From assembly GCF_036321535.1 (NCBI RefSeq), contig NC_087436.1, positions 17,980,001 to 18,044,000 of the forward strand: 64,000 nt of DNA, in the 5' to 3' direction. Origin of the DNA: Camelus dromedarius. Lineage: Eukaryota. Numbering within the stretch: position 1 is the stretch's first letter; every line of letters starts with the position of its first letter. The notes under the pieces are model-generated. The model saw only the letters and a program-made list of their open reading frames with translations. It was not told the DNA's origin and searched no databases. The translations under genes were made by a program, and so were the position numbers. Of the stretch, positions 28,165-40,839 are shown in pieces.

Positions 28165-29100
28165 GATTTCATTTACTCAATAAATAGTACCAATGCTGCA
28201 CTAATGGCAGCAGAGAGCACAGAGAGGCAGAGGACAAGGTCCTTGCCCTCAGGGGATTAGGATAAGTGCACAAGTCACGAATGTCAGGGCCACAGTGGTG
28301 ACTGCTGAGGGAGGGGGGTTCGGGAAATGGGACAGTGAATCAGGACAACGGGACAGTGGGGCATCCTGCCGGGAGAACATCAGGGGCCCTTGGAGGAGGG
28401 ACGGGTTTTGCAGGAGTTGGAGTGGGAGTCGGTGTACAGATGGCGGTACCCACAGCATCCCGATGGGGATGTAGGAGCCTGGTGAGCACAAGCTTGAGAA
28501 GACCAGCGGGGGAAGGCAGAGGAGGAAGAGGGACTGAAATGTTACCATTCACGGAGGTACTGGGTAGGGGTGAAGGTTTCTGAGCTGGAAAGTCATAGAA
28601 CCAGAAATCTGTGACAGGAAACTTCATTTGTCAGCCACTGTAGAAGGAATTTGAGAGGGCAGGGTTGGGGGAGGTTGGGGAGGAACCCTGAGGAAGTGAC
28701 AAGGGCTTGAACCAGTGTTCCCACCAGAGGAGTGAAGAGAAGCAATGGGAGAGGGTGCGAGGCTAAACGAGCAGGACTTGCAAACGGATTCGTTAAGGTT
28801 TGAACCTGGGCACCTAGCGGGTGGCAGTACCCTTCCAGAAGCCAGTAGCACAGAAAGGCAGGGAAGTTATGTGAAGGAGGTGAACATGTGAAATTGGAAT
28901 GTGGGGAGAGGTTGGAGCTGGATGTACAGGTTCGGGAAGCCATTCCCCACAGGAGCTGTTTGGGCCAGGAAGACGGAGATCATTCAGGGGTAGAGTGGAG
29001 AAGTGAGAGGAAAGATGGCTGAAGGTCGAACGCCAGAGATCTACATCAATGACCAGGAAAATGAGAAGGAGCCCTGTTAGAGGGCTGCCGAGAGGCCTGC
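28165..29100 (-). mobile_element. Old L2 fragment
   Basis: ttcatttactcaataaata start, gacaaggtccttgccctcag, purine-rich body. Confidence 0.5.
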
Positions 29101-29369
29101 AGAGGCAAGCGTGTGCCTTCCTCATTGAGAGATGTTAGTGATCAACAAGGAAACATAATTCGGGTTTGCTTGAATCTTGTCATTAAGCAAAAGGACTTTT
29201 AATTTGAGTTTCACAATGCATCCTTTTTTGTGCTACACTTTCTCTTTGACTGCTCATTTGATTTCACTCCATACTTTTCATGCTCAGGACATTTAAAAAC
29301 AAAGAATGTCCCTTTCTGTAAGTCAGAGCTCAGAATTGATGACTACTGTGAAAATGCCGATTATCTGAG

Positions 29370-30179
29370 ATCACTCATTTATGCCAGGTGTTACCTGGGT
29401 GCCTACTAGGTACTGGGTACCATTCCATACACTGGGGACATAGTGGAAAACCAAACACCAAAGAAAATCTCAGCCCCTGTGGAGTTTACCTTCTTGTGTG
29501 GATGAAGGAAACAATAAACAGAGCAAACAGTAAACAGACCAAAGACGTAAAGAACAGACAACATGTGAGATAGTGTTATACCCTAGGGAGAAAAATAGAG
29601 CAGGAGGGGAAGGGGGTTGGGAAGAATGGATGTTTTCAGTAGAATGGTCAGGGAAGGCCTGACTGAGGAAGTGGTATTTGGATACAGTCCTGAAGGGAGG
29701 TGAGGGAGGGGGCTACAGAGATATCAGGGTGAACTGGGGGCAGCACATGCAAAGGCCCTGAGGTGGGAGCACACCTCAGATGTTTGAGGTCTAGCAAGGA
29801 GGCCAGTGTTGCTGAAGGCACTCAGGCAAGGGAAAGAGGTTAGTGAAGTCTTGGGCCAAATGAGGGCTCTGTGGTCAGAGGTTGACTTTGACTTTTCCTC
29901 TGAGTGTGAGGGAAATCCCTTGGATGGTTTTGAGCAAAGGACTGAATAAGGATCATTTTGGCTACCAGGGAAGGAAGAGGGCAGGGAGAAACAGGATGAC
30001 CAGCCAACAGGCTTTTGCACATCCCTGGAAGAGGCGTTGATAGCTTGGACTGGCGTGGCACCGGAGGAGGTGTGGGAAGTGATTGGAGTTGGATGTCTTC
30101 TGAGGGTGAAGTAATTAGAATTTGACAGATGGGGAAAGAAAACAGAGAGAAAGAATAGTCAGAGGTGAGTCTAAGTTTC
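29370..30179 (-). mobile_element. L2 LINE fragment
   Basis: ggtcagggaaggcctgactgagga, gcaaaggccctgaggtgggag, gcaaggaggccagtgttgctg, ggttttgagca. Confidence 0.75.
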
Positions 30180-30630
30180 TGTACTGGTTGGCTCAGGCTC
30201 CCTAACAAAGTACCACAAATGGGTGGCTTACACAACAGGAGTGGATTATTTCCTGGTTCTGTAGGCACATCCAAGATGAACATGTTGGCTGCGTCAGTTC
30301 CTGCTGATGGCTGTGAGGGACAGTCTGCTGCATCCCTCTTCCAGCTTCTGGCAGCGTGCTGGCCATCTTTGGTATTCCTTGGCCTGTGAAAGAATCATTT
30401 CCTTCGTCTTCACAGGGCATTCCCCCTGTGTGTGTCTGTGTCCTCATTTCCTCATTTTAATAAGGACACCAGTCACATTGGATTAGGGGCCCACCTTCTC
30501 CAGAATGACCTCTCATCTTAACAAACCATCTCTGCTCTGACTGTGTGCCCAAAAAAAGATCACACTCTGATGTTCTCGGGGCTAGGACTTCGGCATAGGA
30601 ATTGGAGGAGGGCACAATTCAGCCCATAAC
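30180..30630 (-). mobile_element. MaLR solo LTR (MLT1B/C-like) inserted in L2
   Basis: 'taacaaagtaccacaaatgggtggcttacacaac' ... 'taaggacaccagtcacattggattaggggcccacc' ... 'acaattcagcccataac'. Confidence 0.8.
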
Positions 30631-32495
30631 TGATGCCGTTAACTCAGCCCAGAAAGTGAGTTTGGAGAAGAAGGGGAGACTTCCAAAGACTAAAGTTAAG
30701 AGACTCTTAAGTTTGGGGACCATGACCAAGGTTCACAAAAATGTTAACTACAAATCCCTCAGATGTTTGCGGTTGTGGAAAAGCAATTACATGTTAATGA
30801 TGATTTTTAAGTTACATTCTAATTGTTTACAAAGTCATGGTATTTCCCTGTGAAGCATTGGAGAGTCGGACAGAGTATGGATTGAGTTTTTACTGGCTGA
30901 TCTGCCGGAGAAGTTACTGGTGCTGAAATGGAATGTTTTGAATGCCATAAAGAAGTCAAAGGACACTAATAAAAATAATAAAGAGTGCTTTTCTCAGAAG
31001 GAGAAACAACTTTGGAGAACATTGTTTCAGTCCTTGATGTAAGAACTCATTTTCTAGAAAGTCAGGCGTGCTCCAGCGCTCTGAGCAGCTGAATAGTTTG
31101 TTCCGTCATCTGTTTTTTGGTGAGAGTGTAGTTAAAACATAGCAAATCATGTTTTTTAAAAAAATTACCAAGGCAATATTATCACGTTTTGGCTAATTTG
31201 AGAAACAGAGAAATCATCACCATGACATAACCCTTCCAGCCTTTTATGTGTTTTCTTTGAGTCTGTTTCCCATGTTCCTGCTGTTTCACGTGGAGACAAA
31301 AGCCAGGACAGCAAGGTGACGGCAGCGCCATACCCCGAATCCATCCACCCTCCACACATCCGGCTCACATTTCTCTGAGCCATTGCACATCCTGCTTCCT
31401 CTGCCCTCTTTCTTTGTCTGGCTACCATCTAGTTGTGCTGCAAAACTCAGCTCAGCTGTCACCTCTCTGACTTGTGTACCCCCACCCTCCCCAGTACGGA
31501 AGGCTGAGCCTACAACATGCCGCCATATTACCCCACACCTAAGCACACACGGCCACAGTCCGTGTCTCCACCGACTTGGAGGACAGGGCCAGGGCTGTTT
31601 ATATTCATTTCCTCAGTACCTTGCACAGGACTGGTGGGTGGATATTCAATAAATGCATGTGGATTAGGAATGAAAAAAAAATCAAATTTGTTGCCTGCTT
31701 GGTACCCACCTGTCACTGAGCTATGAGACCTTATTAGAATTTTAAACAGTGTTATTCAGATTGTGCCAGTAATGCATATATTGAGAAGAGTCTCCTTAAA
31801 AAGTGCATCTACAGATTGTTGCTTAAAAGGTTAACTTTGTCCCTAAAAACTGAACCCTTCAGTTTCTTACCATGAAAGATACCTGAGATAGTTACCATAG
31901 ATGGCTTGTTCTTCGTATTGACTGTGTCTCTTCAAATTAGTAAGTATTTGTAAGTAAATAAGTAAGTAAATGAAGTAATTTGAACATACCTATATAAGGT
32001 AATGTGGAAGAAATGCAGGAGCTGGGAGGGGTGAAGTTATTGGCAGTAGAAGTAAGAATTATTTTTATTTTAATTAGTTGTTTTGGAGAGAGGAGACTTT
32101 TTTATCTGACATAATTGAGATATATAATCTGAGTCTGGGTGAAGAGAGTCAAGAAGTATTGTAACAACCCTCTGATGCCTAAAATACTTCCACGATGACT
32201 TGGCTCAAGATTTCTCTCCTCCCTGCTCACCTAGAATGCAAATAATGCTTTTCGGTAAATGTTAAATAGGAAAAGGTTTGCATGCGATTGTGTATGATTT
32301 CTTAGTACACAGAGAAGAGAGGCTTTGCTCTACAGAATTCTTGATACATCACTCCCCTTAGAGGGCTCTGCCTTCATTTTCTAAGTCACGTGGTATGTGA
32401 CCCTACTGAGTACATTTACAGAACCACGATTACTGACAGACTTTGAGCTAAGCTGTATAGCATGTCAAATGTGCCATTACAGTGTAGTTATTTAA

Positions 32496-32696
<201 letters not shown>

Positions 32697-34065
32697 TAGT
32701 GTGTCCTTCACTTGCACAGTTGGCGCTATAGCATTACTGGGAAGTAATTTTTAAAAATGTTTTTGAATGTGATCTGTCAGTGATCAATAGTAATAATGGC
32801 TTGTCTGGAAACCATCTGGAGAATTTCCACTAAGCAATATTGAACAGCCAGAATTTGAAATTATCAACTGAGATCAGCCTGTCAAAAAAAGACTGGGCTT
32901 TTGTTGTTGTTGTTGTTAGTTTGTCTCAGTTTACTTTTCACTGAGACTTAGAGAAATAATTCTGTGTCACCATAAATTTAATTCGCATGATCTAAAAGAG
33001 CGTTTTTACTAGGCATGCACAGAATAGAGCTTGTCTGCCTTTTCTGTGTTTCTGTATAAATATATGGTGTTTGTGGCAAATTAAAACATTCGTATCAGGA
33101 TCATGTCTGTAATTTAAGTTTGTTTCCGTACAGAATAATGTCATCTAACAGCTGCTTGAGTTTCCAGGTCCCCACTTGAAATCCTACTGAAGATTTCCAA
33201 ACCAGTACATTAAATGAGAAATTTGACTGAGATTCTTTAAGTGTATCTATTCTAGCTTTTGCTTCTGTCCAAGTAATTGTACTCTGTAGGAGAAATGGTC
33301 TTTTAGTTTGTCTTTGCCTTCCTCCAACCTTACGTACAAGGAATTAATTAACATCAGACTTAGGCCAGATGGTTTTATTAATGTTAGCTGCTATGACTGG
33401 TCAAAGTGTAGAATTTTTTGCTATCAGTAGAAGTATTCTGTAATTGGCACTCATTCTCTCTAAGGAGTTCAGCATAAGATTCCTGCAGGTGTGTTTCTCA
33501 GGACATTTTTCTGAGAGATGAATTGGTACTTCAGAGGCTTAAGTATAAACGACTCAAATGTTTTGTCTTTGTTTTGCTGATGAAATGTCCTCAGTTCTGG
33601 GATGGAATAAAGCTGACTGAGTAGTTATTCCTGTGCTTCTGGGATTGATTCTGCATTATTTAATTGATGGTACATGATTTTATATTAGTTACACTATTAA
33701 TTATTTAGTAGTTCCCAAGCCCAGCATTGAATTGCTAATAGTAGTTCTGCATTTCTTTTTTTTTTTTTTAACATTTTTTATTGATTTATAATCATTTTAC
33801 AATGTTGTGTCAAATTCCAGTGTTCAGCACAATTTTTCAGTTATTCATGGACATATACACACTCATTGTCACATTTTTTTCTCTGTGAGTTATCATAACA
33901 TTTTGTGTATATTTCCCTGTGCTATACAGTGTAGTCTATTCTACAATTTTGAAATCCCAGTCTATCCCTTCCCACCCTCCACCCCCCTGGTAACCACAAG
34001 TCTGTATTCTCTGTCTGTGAGTCTATTTCTGTCCTTTATTTACGCTTTGTTTTTGTTTTTGTTTT

Positions 34066-37000
34066 TTAGATTCCACATATAAGCGATCTCATATGGTATT
34101 TTTCTTTCTCTTTCTGGCTTACTTCACTTAGAATGACATTCTCCAGGAGCATCCATGTTGCTGCAAATGGCATTATGTTGTCGGTTTTTATGGCTGAGTA
34201 GTATTCCATTGTATAAATATACCACCTCTTCTTTATCCAGTCACCTGTTGATGGACATTTAGGCTGTTTCCATGTTTTGGCTATTGTAAATAGTGCTGCT
34301 ATGAACATTGGGGTGCAGGTGTCATCCTGAAGTAGATTTCCTTCTGGATACAAGCCCAGGAGTGGGATTCCTGGGTCATATGGTAAGTCGATTCCTAGTC
34401 TTTTGAGGAATCTCCACACTGTTTTCCATAGTGGCTGCACCAAACTGCATTCCCACCAGCAGTGTAGGAGGGTTCCCCTTTCTCCACAGCCTCTCCAGCA
34501 TTTGTCATTTGTGAACTTTTGAATGACGGCCATTCTGACTGGTGTGAGGTGATACCTCATTGTAGTTTTGATTTGCATTTCTCTGATAATTAGTGATATT
34601 GAGCATTTTTTCATGTGCTTTTTGATCATTTGTATGTGTTCCTTGGAGAATTGCTTGTTTAGGTCTTCTGCCCATTTTTGGATTGGGTTGTTTATTTTTT
34701 TCTTATTGAGTCGTATGAGCTGCTTATATATTCTGGAGATCAAGCCTTTGTCGGTTTCACTTGCAAAAATTTTCTCCCATTCCGTAGGTTTTCTTCTTGT
34801 TTTATTTCTGGTTTCCTTTGCTGTGCAGAAGCTTGTAAGTTTCATTAGGTCCCATTTGTTTATTATTGCTTTTATTTCTTCTAGGAGAAAATTTTTGAGA
34901 TGTATGTCAGATAATGTTTTGCCTATGTTTTCCTCTAGGAGGTTTATTGTATCTTGTCTTATGTTTAAGTCTTTAATCCATTTTGAGTTGATTTTTGTAT
35001 ATGGTGTAAGGGAGTGTTCTAGCTTCATTGTTTTACATGCTGCTGTCCAGTTTTCCCAACACCATTTGCTGAAGAGACTGTCTTTATTCCACTGTATATT
35101 CTTGCCTCCTTTGTCAAAGATGAGTTGACCAAAAGTTTGTGGGTTCATTTCTGGGCTCTCTATTCTGTTCCATTGGTCTATATGTCTGTTTTGGTACCAA
35201 TACCATGCTGTCTTGATGACTGTAGCTCTATAGTATTGTCTGAAGTCTGGGAGAGTTATTCCTCCAGCCTCTTTCTTTCTCTTCAGTAATGCTTTGGCAA
35301 TTCTAGGTCTTTGATGGTTCCATATAAATTTTATTATGATTTGTTCTAGTTCTGTGAAATATGTCCTGGGTAATTGGATAGGGATTGCATTAAATCTGTA
35401 GACTGCCTTGGGCAGTGTGACCATTTTAACAATATTGATTCTTCCAATCCAAGAGCATGGAATATCTTTCCATTTTTTAAAGTCTTCTTTAATTTCCTTC
35501 ATCAATGGTTTATAGTTTTCTGTGTATAATTCTTTCACCTCCTTGGTTAGGTTTATTCCCAGATATTTTATTACTTTGGGTGCTATTTTAAAGGGGATTG
35601 TTTCTTTACTTTCTTCTTCTGTTGATTTATCGTTAGTGTAAAGAAATGCAACTGATTTTTGAACGTTAATTTTGTAACCTGCTACCTTGCTGAATTCTTC
35701 AATCAGCTCTAGTAGCTTTTGTGTGGACCTTTTAGGGTTTTCTATATATAGTAACATGTCATCAGCATATAATGACACTTTTACCTCTTCTTTTCCAATT
35801 TGGATCCCTTTTATTTCTTTCTCTTGCCTGACTGCTGTGGCTAGGACTTCCAGGACTATGTTGAATGGGAGTGGTGATAGTGGGCATCCTTGTCTTGTCC
35901 CAGATTTTAGTGGGAAGCTTTTGAGTTTTTCACCGTTGAGTACTATGCTGGCTGTAGGTTTGTCATATGTAGCTTTTATTATGTTGAGATACGTTCCCTC
36001 TATACCCACTTTGGTGAGAGTTTTTATCATAAATGGGTGTTGAATTTTATCAAATGCTTTTTCTGCATCGATTGAGATGATCATGTGGTTTTTGTCCTTT
36101 CTCTTGTTGATGTGATGTATTACACTGATTGATTTGCGTATGTTGAACCAGCCTTGTGTCCCTGGGATGAACCCCACTTGGTCATGATGTATAATCTTTT
36201 TTATGTGTTGTTGGATTCTATTTGCTAAAATTTTGGTGAGGATTTTGGCGTCTATGTTCATCAGTGATATTGGCCTATAATTCTCTTTTTTTGTAGTGTC
36301 TTTGCCTGGTTTTGGTATCAGGGTGATGGTGGCTTCATAGAATGAGTTTGGGAGTATTCCCTCCTTTTCAATCGTCTGGAAGAGTTTGAGAAGGACTGGT
36401 ATGAGTTCTTCTTTGTATGTTTGGTAGAATTCCCCGGTGAAGCCGTCCGGTCCTGGACTTTTATTTGTAGGGAGGTTTTTAATTGCTATTTCTATTTCCT
36501 TTCTAGTGATCGGATTGTTCAAGTGTTCAGATTTTTCTTGATTCAGTTTTGGTGGACAGTATGTTTGCAGAAACTTGTCCATCTCCTCTAGGTTATCCAG
36601 TTTGGTTCCATATAGTTTTTCATAATATTCTCATTTGATATTCTGTATTTCTATTTTGTTTGTTGTAATTTCTCCATTTTCCTTTCTTATTTTGCTAATT
36701 TGTGCTCTCTCTTTTTTCTTCTTTGTGAGTTTGGCCAGAGGTTTGTCGATTTTATTTACTTTTTCAAAAAACCAGCTTTTGGTTTGGTTGATTTTTTCTA
36801 TGGTCTTGTTAATCTCTATTGTATTTAATTCCTCTCTGATCTTTATTATTTCCTTCCTTCTGCTGCTTTTTGGGGCTTTTTGTTCTTCTTTTTCTAATTC
36901 ATTCAGGTGGTGGGTTAAATTGTTTCTTTGAGATTGTTCTTCTTTTTTGAGGAAGGCCTGTATCGCTATAAACTTCCCTCTTAGCACTGCCTTTGCTGTG

Positions 37001-37865
37001 TCCCATAGGTTTTGAGTGGTTGTGCTTTCATTATCATTTGTCTCAAGGTATTTTTAATTTCAGCTTTGATTTCCTCATTGATCCATTGTTTTTTCAATAA
37101 CATATTGTTTAATCTCCATGCTTTCCTTTTTTTCTCCTTTGTTTCTCTGTTGTTGACTTCCAGTTTCATGGCATTGTGGTCAGTAAAGATGCTTGAGATA
37201 ATTTCTATCTTCTTAAAATTGTTGAGGTTTCTTTTGTGCCCAAGTACATGATCGATCCTGGAAAATGTTCCATGTGCACTTGAAAAGAATGTATATCCTA
37301 TTATTGGGGGGGTGTAATGCTCTGAAAATATCCACCAAATCTAGTTTTTCTATTGTAGTATTTAATTTCTCTGTTGCCTTGTTTATTGTCTGTCTGGAAG
37401 ATCTGTCTAGTGATGTTAATGCAGTGTTAAAATCTCCAACTATGATTGTATTCCCATCAATATCCCCCTTTATCTCTGTTAGTAATTCTTGTATGTACTT
37501 AGGTGCTCCTATATTGGGTGCATATATATTAACGAGTGTAATATCCTCATCTTGTATCACTCCTTTAATCATTATAAAATGTCCTTCTTTATCTTTCTTT
37601 ATGGCCTTTGTTTTAAAGTCTATTTTGTCTGAAATCAGTACTGCAACACCTGCTTTTTTGGCTTTTCCATTTGCATGGAATATCCTTTTCCATCCTTTCA
37701 CTCTCAATCTATATATGTGTCCTTCTCCCTAAAGTGGGTCTCTTGTATGCAGCATATTGAAGGTTCTTGCTTTATTATCCAGTCTGCCACTCTGTGTCTT
37801 TTGACTGGAGCATTTAGTCCATTAACATTTACAGTAATTAATGATAGATGTGTGTTTATTGCCAT
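34066..37865 (-). pseudogene. L1 ORF2 (endonuclease / reverse transcriptase / Cys-rich C-terminus), disrupted
   Basis: Starts MAINTHLSLITVNVNGLN at 37865. EN motifs IQETH, NIYAPN, IVGDFN, TDH; RT motifs [10 protein letters not shown] and YADD; HCWWEC near the end. Frameshifts at ~37710, ~37305 and ~37033 plus an in-frame TGA at 36631-36633. The last 838 codons (34066-36582) are open. Confidence 0.95.
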
Positions 37866-38265
37866 TTTGAACTTAGCTTTGCAGTTGAATTGGTATATCC
37901 TCTTTGTTCCTTCTTCCTTTTGTGGTTTGGTAATTTTCCTTTGTATTATCATGGATTTTATTTAATTTTTGTGACTCCTTTGTAAATTTTTGGCTTGTGG
38001 TTAGCCTTTTTTGTAAATCTATCAACCCATTACTATAACTGTTTTTATTAAACTGATAGTAACATGATCTCAAACCCATCCTACTGTTAACAAAATTTAA
38101 AAAAGAAAGAAAAAAATATTCTATATTTCCCTGCCTCCCTCTCCCACTCTCAGTGATTTGTATGTCTTCTTTTATAATTTCATGTTTACTTTATTTGTAA
38201 TTCATGAGTTATCACCTTTCCAGTTGTGTGTTTCTCATTTCTGTAGCATCCTGCTGCTTTTCTAT

Positions 38266-39166
38266 TTAGAATAGCCCTTTCAATATTTCTTTTAGCATGG
38301 GTTTAGTGTTGCTAAACTCCTGCAGCTTTTTTTTGTCTGTGAAACTTTTTTTCTCCTTCTATTCTCAAGGATAGCCTTGCTGGATAAAGGATCCTAGGCT
38401 GCATCTTTTTTTCATTCAGGGCTTTGAATATATCTTGCCACTCCCTTCTGGCCTGTAGTGTTTGTGTAGAGAAATCAGCTGAGAGCCTTATGGGGGTTCC
38501 CTTGTAACTTACTCTTTGCTTTTCTCTTGCTGCCTTTAGAATCATTTCTTTATCCTTGATTCTGGCCATCTTGATTATGATATGTCTTGGTGTGGGTCTA
38601 TTTGGGTTCTTCCTGTTTGGGACCCTCTGAGCTTCCTGTACTTGGATATCTGATTCCTTCTTTAAGTTTGGGACATTTTCAGTCATGATTTCTTCAAAAA
38701 CCTTTTCAATCCCCTTTGATCTTTCTTCTCCTTCTGGGACCCCTATTATGCGAAGATTGGGACGCTTTATATTATCCCATAGGTCCCTTATGCTATTTTC
38801 ATTATTTTTTATTTGCTTCTCTTGTAGTTCTTCTGAATGGGTGCTTTCTATTGCCCTGTCTTCTAGATCACTAATTCGTTCCTCTGCATTATCTAGTCGG
38901 CTTTGCACAGCTATTAGATCATTCCTCATCTCTGTCAATGAGTTTACCCATTCTACTTGGCTCTTCTTTATAGCTTCAATTTCATTTTTGACATATTTTA
39001 TATCTCTAAACACTATCTCTTTTAATTCCTTCAGCAATTCGATCACTCCTTTTTTGAAATCTTGATCTAGTTGGCTATCGATGTCTATTTCGTTGATCTT
39101 TCTTTCAGGGGATTTCTCTTGTTCTTTTAATTGGGAAAGGTTTTTCTGCTTCTTCATCTTGCTCAT
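38266..39166 (-). pseudogene. L1 ORF1 (RNA-binding/chaperone protein), frameshifted near the C-terminus
   Basis: Coiled coil, then NLRIIGVPEGEE, RPTPRHIIIK, ARREW and YPARLS motifs. Frameshift in an A-tract at ~38346-38352; the shifted frame continues FTDKKKLQEFSNTKPMLKEILKGLF* to TAA at 38266-38268. Confidence 0.93.
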
Positions 39167-39569
39167 ACCTCTTTGGCACTGTGGTTTATGGAGTATCAGT
39201 TGTTTATTTTGGTCCTTAAGGATTTTATCTATCTAATGCCTATTTAGGAATAGAACTTAGGAAAGAAAGAAAAAAAAAATAAGAGAGAGAGAGAATTCTA
39301 AAAGAAGGGAGAATGAGGGTTTGAAAACAGTGTATAATGAATAATAGAGGAGTGAGTTGAAGCAGAGTATTAATCAGGTTGAGACGTCCTTTTAAAACCT
39401 TTACAAAAAAAGGGGGGGGGGGAGATGAATAGATGTATTTGAAACCTGTGTCTAATCAATAGCAGGACATCAAAACCTAAGAGAAATAGAAATGAATTAA
39501 GAAGTAAAAATTAAGAGAGTAATAGAAAATAGAACAGGTAAAAACAGACTTAAAAAAAAAAGGGGGGGG

Positions 39570-40816
39570 GTTGTCGGTGTTCTCCTGGAGTCTGTGTGTT
39601 TTTAATGTGAAGTCTTTCTGTCTTCGTCCTGTTTTGGAAGCTCAGCTTGCTGTTTTCAGAGGCCCTCCGTTGGCGCCCTCTTCTGTGCTGCTCCCAGCAC
39701 CTGTCGGCAAGCAGATCGCGCCTCCTCCTAACACTGGGTCAGATGCAGCTCTCTGCTGTGGGCGGGCGGGTTGCTGCCCCTCCGGATGCCGCAGTCAGAT
39801 GTTGCAGACTGGCCGGGTAGGAGGGCGGGTCGTGACCCCTCCCAGCACCTCGGTCAGGGGCTGTGTTCCTGCCCGAAAGGCGGGGGGGGGGGGGGGGGGG
39901 GGGGCGCTCTCCCTCTACCTGCGCCGCTGGTAGCTCCGCTCTCTGTGCGGCTGCGCGCCCCGCCCTGGTCGGCGCTCCGCAGGTGGGCTCAGGGAAGACT
40001 GAGGCACAGCCCTGTCCCTGCTCCGAGCCAAAACCCAGCTCTTTGTCTTTGTGGAGCAAGTTCTCTGAGGGACCAGGATGGAAGGATCCTATCTGCCCCG
40101 GGCTGCTGCTAAGCCCTTTGGTGCGGATGCAGGTTTCGCCCCCGCCCCCGCCTGGGTGATCAGCGCGGAGGATATGGCGGCTGTGCCTGAGCCCCGCCTC
40201 TCTTCCCGGGAAAACTTTCCGCGGGTTTTCAGAGATGGGGGTGTGCACCCTTCCCCCCGAGAGCACATCAACCTTGCTGTTGTATGGAGGGCCCAGGTTA
40301 TTCTGCCCTGTGCACCCACAGCCATGGCACGCAGCCCCTTGCATTCCCCCGGGGCTGCCTCCGTGCAGCCGCCCCCGTCCTCCGCCCGGCTTGTGCAGCC
40401 TGGCCCTGCCCGCCGCTGCCGGCCCGCGTCTCAGGCTGGGTGTTGGGGGGACGCTCTGTGCCCGTTTAACTTAGTTCTGTTAGTCAAGGGCTGCTCTGTA
40501 CAGATCCGAGCCTCGGAGGCTCCCCCTCCGTCCCGCTGGCCTCTCAGTTGGAGAGGGGAGACCCAGCGAGCGAGCGCCAGTCCTCCTTTGCCGCTCCCTC
40601 CCCGCGGGACCCGTCCCGCGCTGCTTTGCCTTTTGTTCTTTCTTTTTTCCTTTTCTCCTACCAGATTTTTGGCGTCTTTATCTTTTGAAGAGGGCGATGT
40701 TCTGCCGGAGTTCTGCAGGTGCTCTGGTTGGCTGAGTGGGTCTGTAGATGTGGGTCTTGGTGTATTTGTGGGAGAGGGTGACCTGCGAGCGTCCTTCTAC
40801 TCCGCCATCTTCTCCC
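39570..40816 (-). promoter_or_regulatory. L1 5'UTR internal promoter, CpG-rich, with YY1 site
   Basis: Dense CpG/GC segment; ccgccatctt at 40802-40811 is the YY1 consensus at the extreme 5' end of the element. Confidence 0.8.
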
Positions 40817-40839
40817 AGTTCTTCATTTCTTTCTTGGGA

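Larger units (their letters stand above)
33759..40816 (-). mobile_element. Full-length LINE-1 (~7.06 kb), antisense to NR3C2, in intron 3
   Basis: Poly(T) at ~33756-33769, 3'UTR, ORF2, ~400-bp spacer, ORF1 and a GC-rich 5'UTR starting GGGAGAAGATGGCGG on the minus strand. TSD agttctgcatttcttt (33743-33758) / agttcttcatttcttt (40817-40832), 15/16 identical. Confidence 0.97.

Noticed and set aside
34066..36582. 838-aa reverse transcriptase ORF as a novel stand-alone RT system or host gene
   Set aside because: It is the downstream remainder of an ordinary L1 ORF2 after a nonsense codon.
34568..39065. Plus-strand hydrophobic ORFs (186, 118, 155 and 126 aa)
   Set aside because: Common antisense shadows of A-rich L1 coding sequence.
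39739..40344. 201-aa sense uORF in the L1 5'UTR
   Set aside because: Explained by high GC; runs through an unstable C23 tract; no motif.
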